Assembly (NCBI GenBank): GCA_965279375.1
Contig: OZ257156.1
Location: 4,704,001-4,768,000, forward strand
Direction of reading: 5' to 3'
Source of the DNA: Gemmatimonas sp.
Lineage (GTDB): Bacteria > Gemmatimonadota > Gemmatimonadetes > Gemmatimonadales > Gemmatimonadaceae
Length of the DNA stretch: 64,000 bases
Positions 11,018 through 21,214 of this stretch are shown piece by piece. Made by a program: the position numbers and the translations under genes. Position 1 is the first letter of the stretch; every line of letters starts with the position of its first letter. The notes beneath the pieces were generated by a model. That model saw nothing but the letters and a program-made list of their open reading frames with translations, searched no databases and was not told where the DNA came from.

Positions 11018-11998
11018 ATGCGTCGTTTCGATCGTCTCCTTGGGCTGCCGTTGCTCGCCCTGATCCTCTGCCTGCCAGCGGGCGCACGTGCGCAGTCCGT
11101 CGATGCGTCCGCGCGACGCGTCGAAGTGATTGGCCATCGCGGCGCTGCGGGTCTCGCGCCGGAGAACACCCTCGCGGCGTTCCGTCGCGGCTGCGCGTTG
11201 CGCGCCGACGGGATCGAGCTGGACGTGCACCTGACCGCCGACAGCGTGCTGGTGGTGCACCACGACTACGAACTACATCCGGACATTGCGCGCGATACGG
11301 CGGGCGCGTGGGTCAACAAGGACGCGCGGCCGGTGCTCCACCAGATGACCGTGGCGCAGATCAAGCAGTACGACATCGGGCGGCTGCGCCCCGGTTCCGA
11401 CTACGAAAAGCGGCACCCCGACCAGCTGCCGGCCGACGGCGAGCGCGTCCCAACGCTCGACGAAGTGATCACGATGTTCGAGGCCTCATGCCCGCCTCCG
11501 ACGCGCCTCGTCGTGGAGATCAAGACGGACCCCACGCGCCGCGCACTCTCGGCACCCGCGGCCCTGGTGGCCGAGCGGACCATCGCGCAGCTGCGTCGGC
11601 GCAAGGTCGCCGCACGAGCGCAGATCATCGCGTTCGACTGGCGCGTACTGCGACGTGTGCACGAGATCGCCCCCGAACAGTCCACCAGCTTCCTCACATT
11701 CGAGGGGAAAGACTGGAATACCATCGAGGTGGGCAAGCCGGGCCCGTCCGCCTGGATGGGCGGTCTCGATGTGGACGACCACGCCGGATCGGTGCCGCAG
11801 GCGATCAAGGCGGCGGGTGGGAAGAACTGGTCGCCACAGGCAGGAAACGTCACGCCGGCGGCCTTGGCCGAGGCGCATCGGCTGGGGATCAAGGTGTACG
11901 CGTGGACGGTTAACTCCGCCACGGAGATGACGCAGCTGATCCAACTCGGCGTGGACGGTATCACGACCGACCGACCGGACCTGATGCGCAGGCCGTAG
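11018..11998 (+). CDS. Glycerophosphodiester phosphodiesterase family protein, exported
   Basis: Signal peptide, GHRGAAGLAPENT, IELDV, VEIK, AWTVN, GVDGITTDRPD. Confidence 0.92.
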   Translation: MRRFDRLLGLPLLALILCLPAGARAQSVDASARRVEVIGHRGAAGLAPENTLAAFRRGCALRADGIELDVHLTADSVLVVHHDYELHPDIARDTAGAWVNKDARPVLHQMTVAQIKQYDIGRLRPGSDYEKRHPDQLPADGERVPTLDEVITMFEASCPPPTRLVVEIKTDPTRRALSAPAALVAERTIAQLRRRKVAARAQIIAFDWRVLRRVHEIAPEQSTSFLTFEGKDWNTIEVGKPGPSAWMGGLDVDDHAGSVPQAIKAAGGKNWSPQAGNVTPAALAEAHRLGIKVYAWTVNSATEMTQLIQLGVDGITTDRPDLMRRP

Positions 11999-12108
11999 AC
12001 GGCCACACGGTGATGGATTGTGCCGGGAGTGTGATGGCAGCGGACAAGTGAGCAACGATTGGGATCGGGCGTTCAGAAGCCCGCGCGCTCGGAGTGTCAC
12101 AAATCGGC

Positions 12109-12136
12109 TCAAGGAGGGCGGAGGGGGCGTCGACAC
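12109..12136 (+). promoter_or_regulatory. Possible sigma28 (FliA)-type promoter of the MCP gene
   Basis: TCAA-N16-GTCGACAC against consensus TAAA-N15/16-GCCGATAA, about 40 bp upstream of a chemoreceptor gene. Confidence 0.35.
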
Positions 12137-12178
12137 TATCTCCTGCCGACGTCGGCATTTCCCTCTTTCCCTTCCTAC

Positions 12179-14170
12179 ATGCGCCGCAACTATTCGCTTC
12201 CCCAACGACTGATCGCCCTCGGGTTCATCGGCATCATACCCACCGTCATTGCCGGCGTGATGGGCTATCGCGGCGTGACTCAATCGGCCGAGGCGGCCCT
12301 GAGTCTCGAGCGCGCCGTCCTGACCACACGCGCACAAATGGACGCGGACATGCGTCACGACGGACTCCGAGGCGTGGGCGCCCTCGCACAGATGGCGATG
12401 CTCGAGCATCGCGAAGACGACGGGCGTACGATCGCCGAGGAAGCGGAGGAGACAGGGCGCACGATGGTCGCCGACATCGATAGTGTGCGGCTGACCGCAG
12501 AGGATTCGACAGTTCGTGCGATGGCAACGCGCGTACGGCCGATGGTGGTGCGTTACGCGGACCTCGCGACGGCGTTGACGAAGTCGGCGGCGTCTGGCGA
12601 TCCCAAAGCGAAAGAGCAGGCGGTCGAACTCGAGCAGCTATTCCTCGAGCTCGAGAAGGGCCTCGAAACGCTGGGCGATGAAGTCACCGCCAGTGCGAAC
12701 CGCGTCGCCGCGAACACGCAGGAGGTCGCGACGAAATTGCATCTCGAACTGCTGGTGCTGTGCACCCTGACCATTCTCGCGCTGGTGTTCATCGTGCGTG
12801 GCATGACCCGCGCGATTCAGCGTCCGATCCTCGAGCTCGCCGCCGAGGCGGAAGCGATGGCCACGGGCGACTTCACGCGATCGTCTGCCTACGAGTCGGC
12901 GGACGCCGTCGGTCGTCTCGCGACGTCGTTCCGTTCGCTGCAAACTTTTGTTCGCGAAACGGCCAACGCCGCCGCGTCGCTGGGTCGTGGCGATCTCTCG
13001 ACCACGCTCACGGTTCGTTCGGAGGCCGACACCCTCTCGCAGAGCGTGAACCAAACCGCCGAGACGCTGCGTCAGCTCGATCGCGAGCTCGGCGTGTTGG
13101 TCACGGCAGCGTCCAAGGGGCAGCTGTCGACTCGCGCCGACGCCACGGCGTTCGACGGAGCTTACCGCGAGCTCGTGCAGCGGATCAACACGATGCTCGA
13201 TGAAACGATGGCGCCTGTTGCCGAGGCCACGACGGTGCTCCGTCAGGTCGCCGAGCGCGACTTGCAAGTACGTGTGGAAGGGCAGTATCAGGGAGACCAC
13301 GCGTTGCTGGCGACGGCCCTCAATACGACACTCAGCCAGCTCGAGAACGCACTGGACGAGGTGCGCTGCAGTTCCGATGAAGTGACCTCGGCAGCGGCGC
13401 AGATTGCCGCCAGCAGCCAGACCATGGCCGACGGCGCCAGCCAGCAGGCCAGCGCGCTCGAAGAGGTGAATGCCTCGCTGCAGGAGCTCAACACGCTCGC
13501 TCGACAGAGTGCTCGCGAAGCGGACAGCGTCCAGAAGCTCACCGATTCCGCGCAGCGCGTTGCAGACGAAGGCGTGGCCTCGATGCAGCAGCTCAACGAC
13601 GCCATGAACGCGATCAACACGTCGGTGGGCGAGAGTGCACGGATCATGAAAACGATCGACGAGATCGCGTTTCAGACGAACCTGCTGGCGCTCAATGCCG
13701 CTGTGGAAGCGGCGCGTGCCGGGGACGCTGGCCGAGGATTTGCCGTCGTCGCGAGCGAGGTGCGCTCACTCGCCATGCGCAGCGCGGAGGAAGCGAAGCG
13801 GTCCGCATCCGTCATCGAGCGGTCCATTGCGGATGCCGCGCGTGGCATTGAAGTGAAGAACGCGACGCAGGTGCGTCTGACCGAGCTCGCGGCCACCGTG
13901 GGGAAGGTGTCGAGTGCGATGCACACGATCACGCAGAGCAGTGAACAGCAGGCAGATGGTATTCGGCAGATTCTTGCTGCCACGGACGACATGAACAGCG
14001 TGACGCAGCAGGCAGCGGCCAGTGCCGAAGAGTCGGCAGCGGCAGCGCAGGAGCTGACCAGTCAGGCCGAGTCGCTGAACGATCTGGTCGGGCTGTTCGC
14101 GCTGAGCGAGCACACCGAGCGTCAGCCCGTCGCAGAAGTGCGGACGGTGCGACAGTTCGCGACGGTGTAG
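12179..14170 (+). CDS. Methyl-accepting chemotaxis protein (2 TM, multiple HAMP)
   Basis: Signalling hairpin [37 protein letters not shown] and methylation helix [14 protein letters not shown]. Confidence 0.95.
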   Translation: MRRNYSLPQRLIALGFIGIIPTVIAGVMGYRGVTQSAEAALSLERAVLTTRAQMDADMRHDGLRGVGALAQMAMLEHREDDGRTIAEEAEETGRTMVADIDSVRLTAEDSTVRAMATRVRPMVVRYADLATALTKSAASGDPKAKEQAVELEQLFLELEKGLETLGDEVTASANRVAANTQEVATKLHLELLVLCTLTILALVFIVRGMTRAIQRPILELAAEAEAMATGDFTRSSAYESADAVGRLATSFRSLQTFVRETANAAASLGRGDLSTTLTVRSEADTLSQSVNQTAETLRQLDRELGVLVTAASKGQLSTRADATAFDGAYRELVQRINTMLDETMAPVAEATTVLRQVAERDLQVRVEGQYQGDHALLATALNTTLSQLENALDEVRCSSDEVTSAAAQIAASSQTMADGASQQASALEEVNASLQELNTLARQSAREADSVQKLTDSAQRVADEGVASMQQLNDAMNAINTSVGESARIMKTIDEIAFQTNLLALNAAVEAARAGDAGRGFAVVASEVRSLAMRSAEEAKRSASVIERSIADAARGIEVKNATQVRLTELAATVGKVSSAMHTITQSSEQQADGIRQILAATDDMNSVTQQAAASAEESAAAAQELTSQAESLNDLVGLFALSEHTERQPVAEVRTVRQFATV

Positions 14171-14253
14171 ACGAAGCGTCCAGTCAGAAGGCGAGGCACT
14201 CGATCAAGGCAGACAACGACGGGTGAGTCAGTCGATTGACGGCACGAGCAAGA

Positions 14254-14293
14254 ACGCAAACGGGCGATGGGAATTCCCATCGCCCGTTTGCGT
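14254..14293. terminator. Perfect 40-bp palindrome between convergent genes, probable bidirectional terminator
   Basis: ACGCAAACGGGCGATGGGAA|TTCCCATCGCCCGTTTGCGT. Confidence 0.7.
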
Positions 14294-14317
14294 ATTGTCG
14301 TGTCAGCACCGCGCTCG

Positions 14318-15943
14318 TCAGAACGTTACGATCGTCCGGAGCGTGGAGATCATGCCAGCACGGCGACCCAGCTGATCATCGCGACGATTGACGCGCTGCA
14401 TGTCGGCAACCAGCGAGAGATGCGACGTGACCGGAAGCTGATAGAAGAGCTCACTGATCGACTCATGGCCGGCCGACCACGCGGCATTCGTGATGCCGAA
14501 GCCGAGCACGTCTTCGGGGCGATGCGACGAGAAGCCCGTGATCGTCACGCCGCCGCCGTGATGCGCATGCACCGTCTGCCGACTCGGATCCGCGTGCCCG
14601 ACCTGCAGAAACGCCGCGATCTGCGCGCGCTGATCGGCGTGCGACGGATCGCGCACCGCTCCCTGCCACAGCGTCTGATCGAGTGTGGCGTACCAGCCGT
14701 GGTTGCCGCGGACGTCGGGATCTCCACTGGCATCGGCGTTGAGCGACGCGAACATGCCGCTGTGATGCCAGGCGCCGACGCCGAGTCGTCCTGCGAGTTC
14801 CGAGGCGCCGGCCGTCCACGTCTGATTGGCCTGCGCAATCCCGAAGCGCGAGCTGTGTCCTGCTGCGGCGGGTGCCCCACCGAGTCCGTTGAAGACACCG
14901 GCACCGATCGTCAGCCCATCGTTGACGGTGACGAACATATTGAGCCCTGACGTCGGCAGCGGGAACGTCGGTGCGGCGGCAATCGCTGGCGTGTAGCCCA
15001 TGGAGGCATTGAGGAACTGCCCGGCGTTATCCGGCGCACCGAATTCGCTGTTAAAGTCGAGACGGCCGGCCTTCACACGCAGGCGATCGCTCCAGAGATT
15101 CTGCTGCAGCCAGACTTCCCCGAGCGCGCGAAAGTTGCCCGCGTCGATGTTGGAGTAGTTCTGGACGAACGACGCTTCGCCGGATCCGTTGCGACCCGTC
15201 TTGTTCTTGTACTGCACGAAAGTGCTCAGCCCCGGAATGCCAATCAGGGAATCGAGGTCGAGCGAGAGCTGCACGACGGTGTACGTGCGGAGTGCATGCG
15301 CACTCGCCATTGACGAGGTGCCACTGGATGCATCGGTGATGTCCTGCGCGCTGAAGGCCACGCCGGGGTGCGAAATGATCGTGCGCCAATCGAGCGGCGC
15401 ACGCGCTGGTCCGCCCCGCGCCGTTTGCACGCCGGCGGCCGCCTCTGGGACCGCCGCGGCGGCAGGCGCCTCGGCCGCGGCATCGGCCGCCGCAGTCGCC
15501 GTGGCATCGTTCGTCGCGTCGCTCCCTGAGTCGGGGAGTGCAGCGCTGAGGGCGCGGGCGGCGTCGAGCGACGTGGGACCGCCGTCGAAGTTGATGACGA
15601 CGCGTGGCCGTGGGCGGGCCACAGCGGCCGCCACAGGGCGCGGAGCGATCGGTGACGCCACGATGTTCGGGGACGCACTCGGCGCGGCCGACGCGGGCGT
15701 GGCGGCCGCTGTGGCGGCATCCGGCGCCGGCGAGGTGGCGGGGGCGCTGGTGGAGGCGCCGAAGTCTGGCGAGGGTGCTTGCGCCGCGATCGTGCGATCG
15801 GCGGGCGGCGGAGTGGGCGAGCGGAGGGCGGCGCGCGTGCCCAGCGCAACGGCGGCGACACCGCCAAACATGAGCACAGCGAGCATTCGGCGCGGTGACT
15901 TCCCGTCGTTGGAGGACGACGGTTCGCGATCTGAAGGTTGCAC
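14318..15943 (-). CDS. OprB-family carbohydrate porin with long Pro/Ala-rich N-terminal extension
   Basis: LGEVWLQQNL..DRLRVKAGRLDFNSEF, FLNAS, ISELFYQLPV, C-terminal F. Start uncertain. Confidence 0.75.
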   Translation of the reverse strand: MQPSDREPSSSNDGKSPRRMLAVLMFGGVAAVALGTRAALRSPTPPPADRTIAAQAPSPDFGASTSAPATSPAPDAATAAATPASAAPSASPNIVASPIAPRPVAAAVARPRPRVVINFDGGPTSLDAARALSAALPDSGSDATNDATATAAADAAAEAPAAAAVPEAAAGVQTARGGPARAPLDWRTIISHPGVAFSAQDITDASSGTSSMASAHALRTYTVVQLSLDLDSLIGIPGLSTFVQYKNKTGRNGSGEASFVQNYSNIDAGNFRALGEVWLQQNLWSDRLRVKAGRLDFNSEFGAPDNAGQFLNASMGYTPAIAAAPTFPLPTSGLNMFVTVNDGLTIGAGVFNGLGGAPAAAGHSSRFGIAQANQTWTAGASELAGRLGVGAWHHSGMFASLNADASGDPDVRGNHGWYATLDQTLWQGAVRDPSHADQRAQIAAFLQVGHADPSRQTVHAHHGGGVTITGFSSHRPEDVLGFGITNAAWSAGHESISELFYQLPVTSHLSLVADMQRVNRRDDQLGRRAGMISTLRTIVTF

Positions 15944-16155
15944 GAGAGAGACTCAGCACAGAGAACGCATGCCGGTGGGCATGCACAAGTCACCATCGTC
16001 GGTGACAGGAGCTTCTGTGTTGAGCGTCGGACCATCGGAGCAGCTATTTCAGCAGCGCCATATGCGAATTCTGGCATTCCCATCAGGGCGTGACACCCTT
16101 TGCCACCGGCGAATCTGCGGGCGGCAGTACAGCGACCGGAAACGTGCCAACGGCA

Positions 16156-17814
16156 CTACGCCATCGTGGACAGCTCGCCGGGAATACTTGGCAGATAGAT
16201 GAGAAACGTCGTGCCTTCGCCGATCGCGCTGCGCACGACGATGCTGCCACCGCTTTCCTTCACGATGCCGTACACCATCGCCAGCCCCAGACCGGTCCCC
16301 TTCCCGGTCGCCTTGGTGGTGAAGAACGGTTCGAAGGCGCGCAGTCGCACGGGCTCCGCCATGCCTTCGCCGGTGTCGGTCACCTCGATGACCGTGTACG
16401 CGCCGGCTGCAAGCTGACCGGCTGCCACCTCGCCCGAGTATGAGATGTCTTCGTTGCGTGCGCTCAGGCGCAACGCACCTCCCAGCGGCATTGCGTCGCG
16501 CGCGTTGACGGCGAGGTTCATCAATACCTGCTCGAGCTGCGAGTGGTCGGCCCGCACCCTGCGCGTACCCGGGGCAACATCCAGTGTGAGGGTAATGTGC
16601 TCACCAATAAGGCGATGGAGCAGCTGCTGCACGCCAACCAGCAGCGGCTGTACGTCGATGGTGGACCAGGACATTTCCTGCTGACGACTGAACGCGAGTA
16701 ACTGCCGTGTCAGGGTTGCAGCGCGCCGACCGGCGGCATGAATCTCGTCCAGATCGCGGCGCAAGGCGGTCGGATTCGTCAAGTCGCCCATCGCCAGATC
16801 CGCCGTGCCGTTGATGACAGTCAGCAGGTTGTTGAAGTCGTGCGCGATACCGCCCGCGAGCCGACCGACCGTCTCCATCTTTGCCGACTGAATGATCTGC
16901 GCCGACAGCAACCGTTGATCAGTGAGGTCGCGACCGATCGCGATGTGATGTGCCAGCTGGCCCCGGACATTGCGAAAGGGCGCGATGGTTCGCTCTTCCA
17001 CATACGTGGAGCCATCCTTTCGGCGATTGGTGATCTCACCGCGCCACACCTCGCCGCGACCGATGGTATCCCACAGGTCGCGGTAGAAAGCGTCCTCGTG
17101 CGTGCCCGACTTGAAGAGGCGCGGATTGCCGCCGACGATCTCGTCGGCAGCGTATCCGGTCATCGTGCAGAACGAGGGATTGACCCACTCGATGGTGCCC
17201 GTGATGTCGGTGATCATGATCGCGCTATCAGCCGCTTCCAGTGCTGCACTGCGAAGCTGCACCGCCTCTTCGGCGCGATGCGTTGCCGTGATGTCCGTGA
17301 GTACCACGCGGCAGCCAGGTCCAACCGTTGCCCGCTGCCCGTCCAGCCGGAGGATGCGTACGGCCCGGTTCTTCTGCGGCGGAGTCAGCGTGCAGGAGGC
17401 GCGCGCATCGCTCGCGCAGGCGTTCTCGAGAAACGCGGCGAACTCGCGGCGGTCGTCCAGCTCGAGGAACAGATCCATGCGTCGGCGAACGAGCCACGAG
17501 CGCTCGAGGCCGAGGAGACTCGCGCCGAGGAGATTGATCTGTTCGATCGTACCCGCGCGATCGAGCGACATGTAGCCGACCGGCGCGAAATCGTACAGAT
17601 CGGTATAGCGAGCCAGCAGCGCTTCGCCTTCGTCACGCGTCGCGCGCAGCTCATCGTTCTGCATCTCCAGCTCGATCTGATGCACTTGGAGCTCATACAC
17701 CAACCGCGCCATCTCATCGACCGTGCGCGGTGTATTGCCGATGTGCCCATCGGGATTGAGTCGCAGTTCGGCGCGACGGCGGAGCTCTTGTGCGTCCAGC
17801 TGGTGATCATGCAT
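16156..17814 (-). CDS. Cytoplasmic PAS-PAS sensor histidine kinase (no receiver domain)
   Basis: ELQVHQIELEMQNDEL coiled coil, H-box GGIAHDFNNLL, N-box NLAVNARDAM, G-boxes DTGEGM and FEPFFTTK..GKGTGLGL. Confidence 0.93.
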   Translation of the reverse strand: MHDHQLDAQELRRRAELRLNPDGHIGNTPRTVDEMARLVYELQVHQIELEMQNDELRATRDEGEALLARYTDLYDFAPVGYMSLDRAGTIEQINLLGASLLGLERSWLVRRRMDLFLELDDRREFAAFLENACASDARASCTLTPPQKNRAVRILRLDGQRATVGPGCRVVLTDITATHRAEEAVQLRSAALEAADSAIMITDITGTIEWVNPSFCTMTGYAADEIVGGNPRLFKSGTHEDAFYRDLWDTIGRGEVWRGEITNRRKDGSTYVEERTIAPFRNVRGQLAHHIAIGRDLTDQRLLSAQIIQSAKMETVGRLAGGIAHDFNNLLTVINGTADLAMGDLTNPTALRRDLDEIHAAGRRAATLTRQLLAFSRQQEMSWSTIDVQPLLVGVQQLLHRLIGEHITLTLDVAPGTRRVRADHSQLEQVLMNLAVNARDAMPLGGALRLSARNEDISYSGEVAAGQLAAGAYTVIEVTDTGEGMAEPVRLRAFEPFFTTKATGKGTGLGLAMVYGIVKESGGSIVVRSAIGEGTTFLIYLPSIPGELSTMA

Positions 17815-20432
17815 CAGTCTCCCCGTGGCGCGCGATCCTGTTGAAGCGTGGCGTCGTGCGCGGCGGCCTGGGCCGCGAGGGCAGCGCGCGCAGCGAGCAG
17901 GTCGGCCTCCAGCAGCCGTCGCGCTGTGATGTCGGTGAAGTGGACCGCCACACCGTCGATGATGTCTGCGATCGTACGGTACGGCATGATTCGCACCAGA
18001 TACTGCAGACCGCTGCGCGACGTGACCTCCTGCTCGCGCGCGATGAGCGTGCGGAACACCTCGCGCGCATCGGCGGCGAGGTCCGGATAGTCGAGTTCGG
18101 AGGCGAAGTCGGTGATCGGGCGTCCGATATCGCTGTCGTGCAGGCGGAAGATGCGGTTGGAGCCCGCGGTGAAGAGCCGCACACGAAGCTGTGCATCCAG
18201 AAAAACGGTCGCGATCTCGGCGCTCTCGAGGAGATTGCGCATATCGCTGCTGACGCGAGACAGATCGTCCACGCGCCCCTGCAGTTCGCGATTGAGCGTC
18301 TGCAGCTCCTCGTTCATCGACTGCATCTCCTCCTTCGAGGTCGTCAGCTCCTCGTTGGTGGACTGCAGCTCTTCGTTGGTGGATTGGAGCTCTTCGCTCG
18401 CGGTGTGCGAGTCTTCGCGCACCGTGCGCGCCTCCTCGGCGAGCGCCTGCACTTCAGCGTGCGCGCGCGAGAGTTGCTCCTCGAGCACCGCAATGCGGGC
18501 GCTGGCGGCCGTGTGTCCACCACGACGCGACTTGGGCATCGCCGCGACGGCGGAATCCGCGAACACGACGAGCATGAGTCCGCGCAGCGTCTCTGGTGCA
18601 CGCAGTAGCTGCACCGTCAGGTCCACCGCGTGGCGCTCCGCCTCCGTCCCAACGGGAAGCTGACGTCGCACCACGGGCTCAGGACTATCCGCCGCGAGTC
18701 GGAACGCGTCCGTGAGCTCGAAGCGCAGCCCTTCGCGCGCCATGGCGAAGATGCTCCAGTTGGTGGTGCCTGCAGCGGGCTCGAGGTAGCGACCCGTACG
18801 TCCGCTGATGAAGACGATGTCGCCCTTCGCATCGGTCAGCACCGCAGCTGGCGCGAATCGGCGCAGGAGCAGTTGCTCTGCGGCGCCCTGCAACGTGGAC
18901 TTGGAGGTCAGCGATTTCGGTGGAATTTCACTCATATCGGTCATTGCGGCAGTCGGGAAGCTGATGACATCGGCACGCGCGCGAGTCTCGATGCGGCGAT
19001 ACAGTCGCGAGCTCACGCCCAGCGGCGAGAAGAGATCGGTTGACTGACCAATCGACTCGGAACTACCCAGCAGCAATACGCCCCCCGGTCGCAGGCTGTA
19101 GTGAAACACCGGCAGGAGACGCCGCTGCAGTGCCGGAGTCAGGTAGATCAACAGGTTTCTGCAGCAGAGAACATCGAGCTTGGTGAAGGGCGGATCCATG
19201 CCCACGCTGTGCGTGGCAAAGACCACCGAATCGCGAATGACCTTGGTGATCTGCAGGCCACGATCGGTGAGTTCGAACCACCGCGCGATCCGCTCCGATG
19301 TCAGCTCTGCGGAGATGGCATTCGGATACACACCGGTCCGCGCGCGGTCGATCGCGTCGCGACTGATGTCCGTCGCGAAAATCTGCACGGCGATCCGTCG
19401 CGATGGATGCAACGCCTCGATGGCCTCGTGCACGAGCATCGCGAGCGTGTACGCCTCTTCGCCAGTCGAGCAGGCGGCCACCCACGCGCGAAAGGGCTCC
19501 CCGGACTGCAAGCGAACGAGCAGCTGCGGTAGTTGCTCGGCGAGCGCGCTCCACGCCGCCGCATCGCGAAAGAAGCTCGTCACGCCAATCAACAGCTCCT
19601 TGAACAACGACTCGGACTCCTGCGGGTTCTCCTGCAGGTATCGCGCGTAGAGCGCCAGCGTGCCGATCTGATGCAGCGCCATCCGTCGCTCAATCCGACG
19701 GAATACCGTTTGGCGCTTGTACTGAGAGAAGTCCTGTCCGCAGTGCGCGTTCAGCAGCAGCAAGACCTTCTCCAGTCCGCGCTCGTCCGCCGGATCGAGT
19801 GCCGGCTCTCGCGAAGCGCCGCCCAGTTCCGCCGACCGTCGGCCCGCACGTAACGCATCGAAAATGAGCGCGGGCAGTTCCTCGGCCAGTCCTGTGCCGT
19901 CGAGCACGCCAGTCTCGACCGCACTCTGCGGCATCCCGTTGAACGCCGCCGTGTCGGGGCTCTGCGCAAGGGCCACGCCTCCATGACTCTTGATGGCACG
20001 CACCCCCTGCGCGCCGTCACTCCCCATGCCGGAGAGGATGACGCCCACGGCACTCGACTCCGAGTGTGCCGCCAGCGACCGGAAGAAGTGGTCGATGGGC
20101 AATCGCGAGCCGCGCGCCGCGATAGGCTCGAGCAGGTAGAGACGGCCACCGAACACGGCCAGTTCGGAGTTGGGCGGAATGACGTACACATGATCCGCCT
20201 CCACGAGCATCCGATCCGTCACCTCCACCACCGGCATCAGCGTGGCACGCTGCAGCAGCGTTGCCAACAGCGCGTCGCGCGAGGGGTCGAGATGCTGCAC
20301 GACGACGTACGCCAGACCACTCGAGGGCATGACGTTGCGCAGAAATGCTTCGAGCGCTTCGAGTCCGCCAGCGGACGCACCGATCCCGACGATCGGCAGC
20401 GCCACATCAGCATCATCGCTTGGGGGACACAT
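17814..20432 (-). CDS. CheB methylesterase - CheR methyltransferase - coiled coil - PAS fusion
   Basis: CheB GASAGG, QH, SGMGSDG. CheR IGVTSFFRD, ACSTGEEAY, CRNLLIY. EELQSTNEEL heptads. Confidence 0.93.
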   Translation of the reverse strand: MCPPSDDADVALPIVGIGASAGGLEALEAFLRNVMPSSGLAYVVVQHLDPSRDALLATLLQRATLMPVVEVTDRMLVEADHVYVIPPNSELAVFGGRLYLLEPIAARGSRLPIDHFFRSLAAHSESSAVGVILSGMGSDGAQGVRAIKSHGGVALAQSPDTAAFNGMPQSAVETGVLDGTGLAEELPALIFDALRAGRRSAELGGASREPALDPADERGLEKVLLLLNAHCGQDFSQYKRQTVFRRIERRMALHQIGTLALYARYLQENPQESESLFKELLIGVTSFFRDAAAWSALAEQLPQLLVRLQSGEPFRAWVAACSTGEEAYTLAMLVHEAIEALHPSRRIAVQIFATDISRDAIDRARTGVYPNAISAELTSERIARWFELTDRGLQITKVIRDSVVFATHSVGMDPPFTKLDVLCCRNLLIYLTPALQRRLLPVFHYSLRPGGVLLLGSSESIGQSTDLFSPLGVSSRLYRRIETRARADVISFPTAAMTDMSEIPPKSLTSKSTLQGAAEQLLLRRFAPAAVLTDAKGDIVFISGRTGRYLEPAAGTTNWSIFAMAREGLRFELTDAFRLAADSPEPVVRRQLPVGTEAERHAVDLTVQLLRAPETLRGLMLVVFADSAVAAMPKSRRGGHTAASARIAVLEEQLSRAHAEVQALAEEARTVREDSHTASEELQSTNEELQSTNEELTTSKEEMQSMNEELQTLNRELQGRVDDLSRVSSDMRNLLESAEIATVFLDAQLRVRLFTAGSNRIFRLHDSDIGRPITDFASELDYPDLAADAREVFRTLIAREQEVTSRSGLQYLVRIMPYRTIADIIDGVAVHFTDITARRLLEADLLAARAALAAQAAAHDATLQQDRAPRGD

Positions 20433-20617
20433 GCGAGCTCGGGAATCTGGCCATCACGCCCATCGATGCGCCCGTATGGCGCAGCGAAACCGCACTTCGT
20501 CAAACCAGCACGATCTCAAAGATGACGCACACACAATGATTCAACCTATGTGACGCGCGTGCCACGAATACATGCGCCCCTATATGGCATGCGGTCTCGC
20601 ATTGCACAACAATGACG

Positions 20618-21214
20618 TTAGACGCTTCGCGACGAACCCGCCTTCCCGCCCACGTTCGCCCACAGCGCGCGCTCCACCATGGCCGCACTCCACTGCTCGC
20701 CCAACCGCGCCGCGCGCGCACGCAACGCCACCGCATATCTTGCGTAGTAGCCCATGGTCCACGCCACCTTGCCGAGCTGCGGCACCTGCGCGGCGACCAG
20801 TTCATCAAAAAACGGATAGCGTGTTGCATCGTATGCCGCCGCCACCGCAGATGCCGTCGCCGGACCCACGCCCGCCAACGTTGTCAGCCCCGCGATTGGC
20901 TTGGTCGGATGCGGTGCTTCCGCGAGTGCTGCCGCGCTGACCGAGAGCACGTCGTCCGGTGCGTTGCCCTTCACCAGCACCAGGTTGGGTGCGCGCCACA
21001 CGCCACGGGCCATCTTCCACTCCGTCACGCGTACGAGTTCGGCGTGCGATACACTCGGCGCTGCGCGGGATGCGACCATGACAGGCAGTTCGCGCTGATA
21101 CCACTGATCGAGATCGACCAGTTGCTTCACGTTCTGAGCGGCGATGACGGCATCGTAACGGTAGAGGCTGTCATACCAAACTGACACGTCGTCGGCTTCC
21201 CACAGTCCGGTCAT
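20618..21214 (-). CDS. Helix-hairpin-helix DNA-glycosylase-like protein resembling the eukaryotic Amun family
   Basis: LDQWYQRELP, ELVRVTEWKMARG, HhH-like LAGVGPATASAV, PFFDE, WSAAMVERALW. Family recognised from memory. Confidence 0.7.
   Translation of the reverse strand: MTGLWEADDVSVWYDSLYRYDAVIAAQNVKQLVDLDQWYQRELPVMVASRAAPSVSHAELVRVTEWKMARGVWRAPNLVLVKGNAPDDVLSVSAAALAEAPHPTKPIAGLTTLAGVGPATASAVAAAYDATRYPFFDELVAAQVPQLGKVAWTMGYYARYAVALRARAARLGEQWSAAMVERALWANVGGKAGSSRSV

Noticed and set aside
18290..18400. 21-bp quasi-tandem repeats as a CRISPR or VNTR
   Set aside because: They encode the EELQSTN coiled-coil heptads of the CheBR protein. There are no spacers or cas genes.
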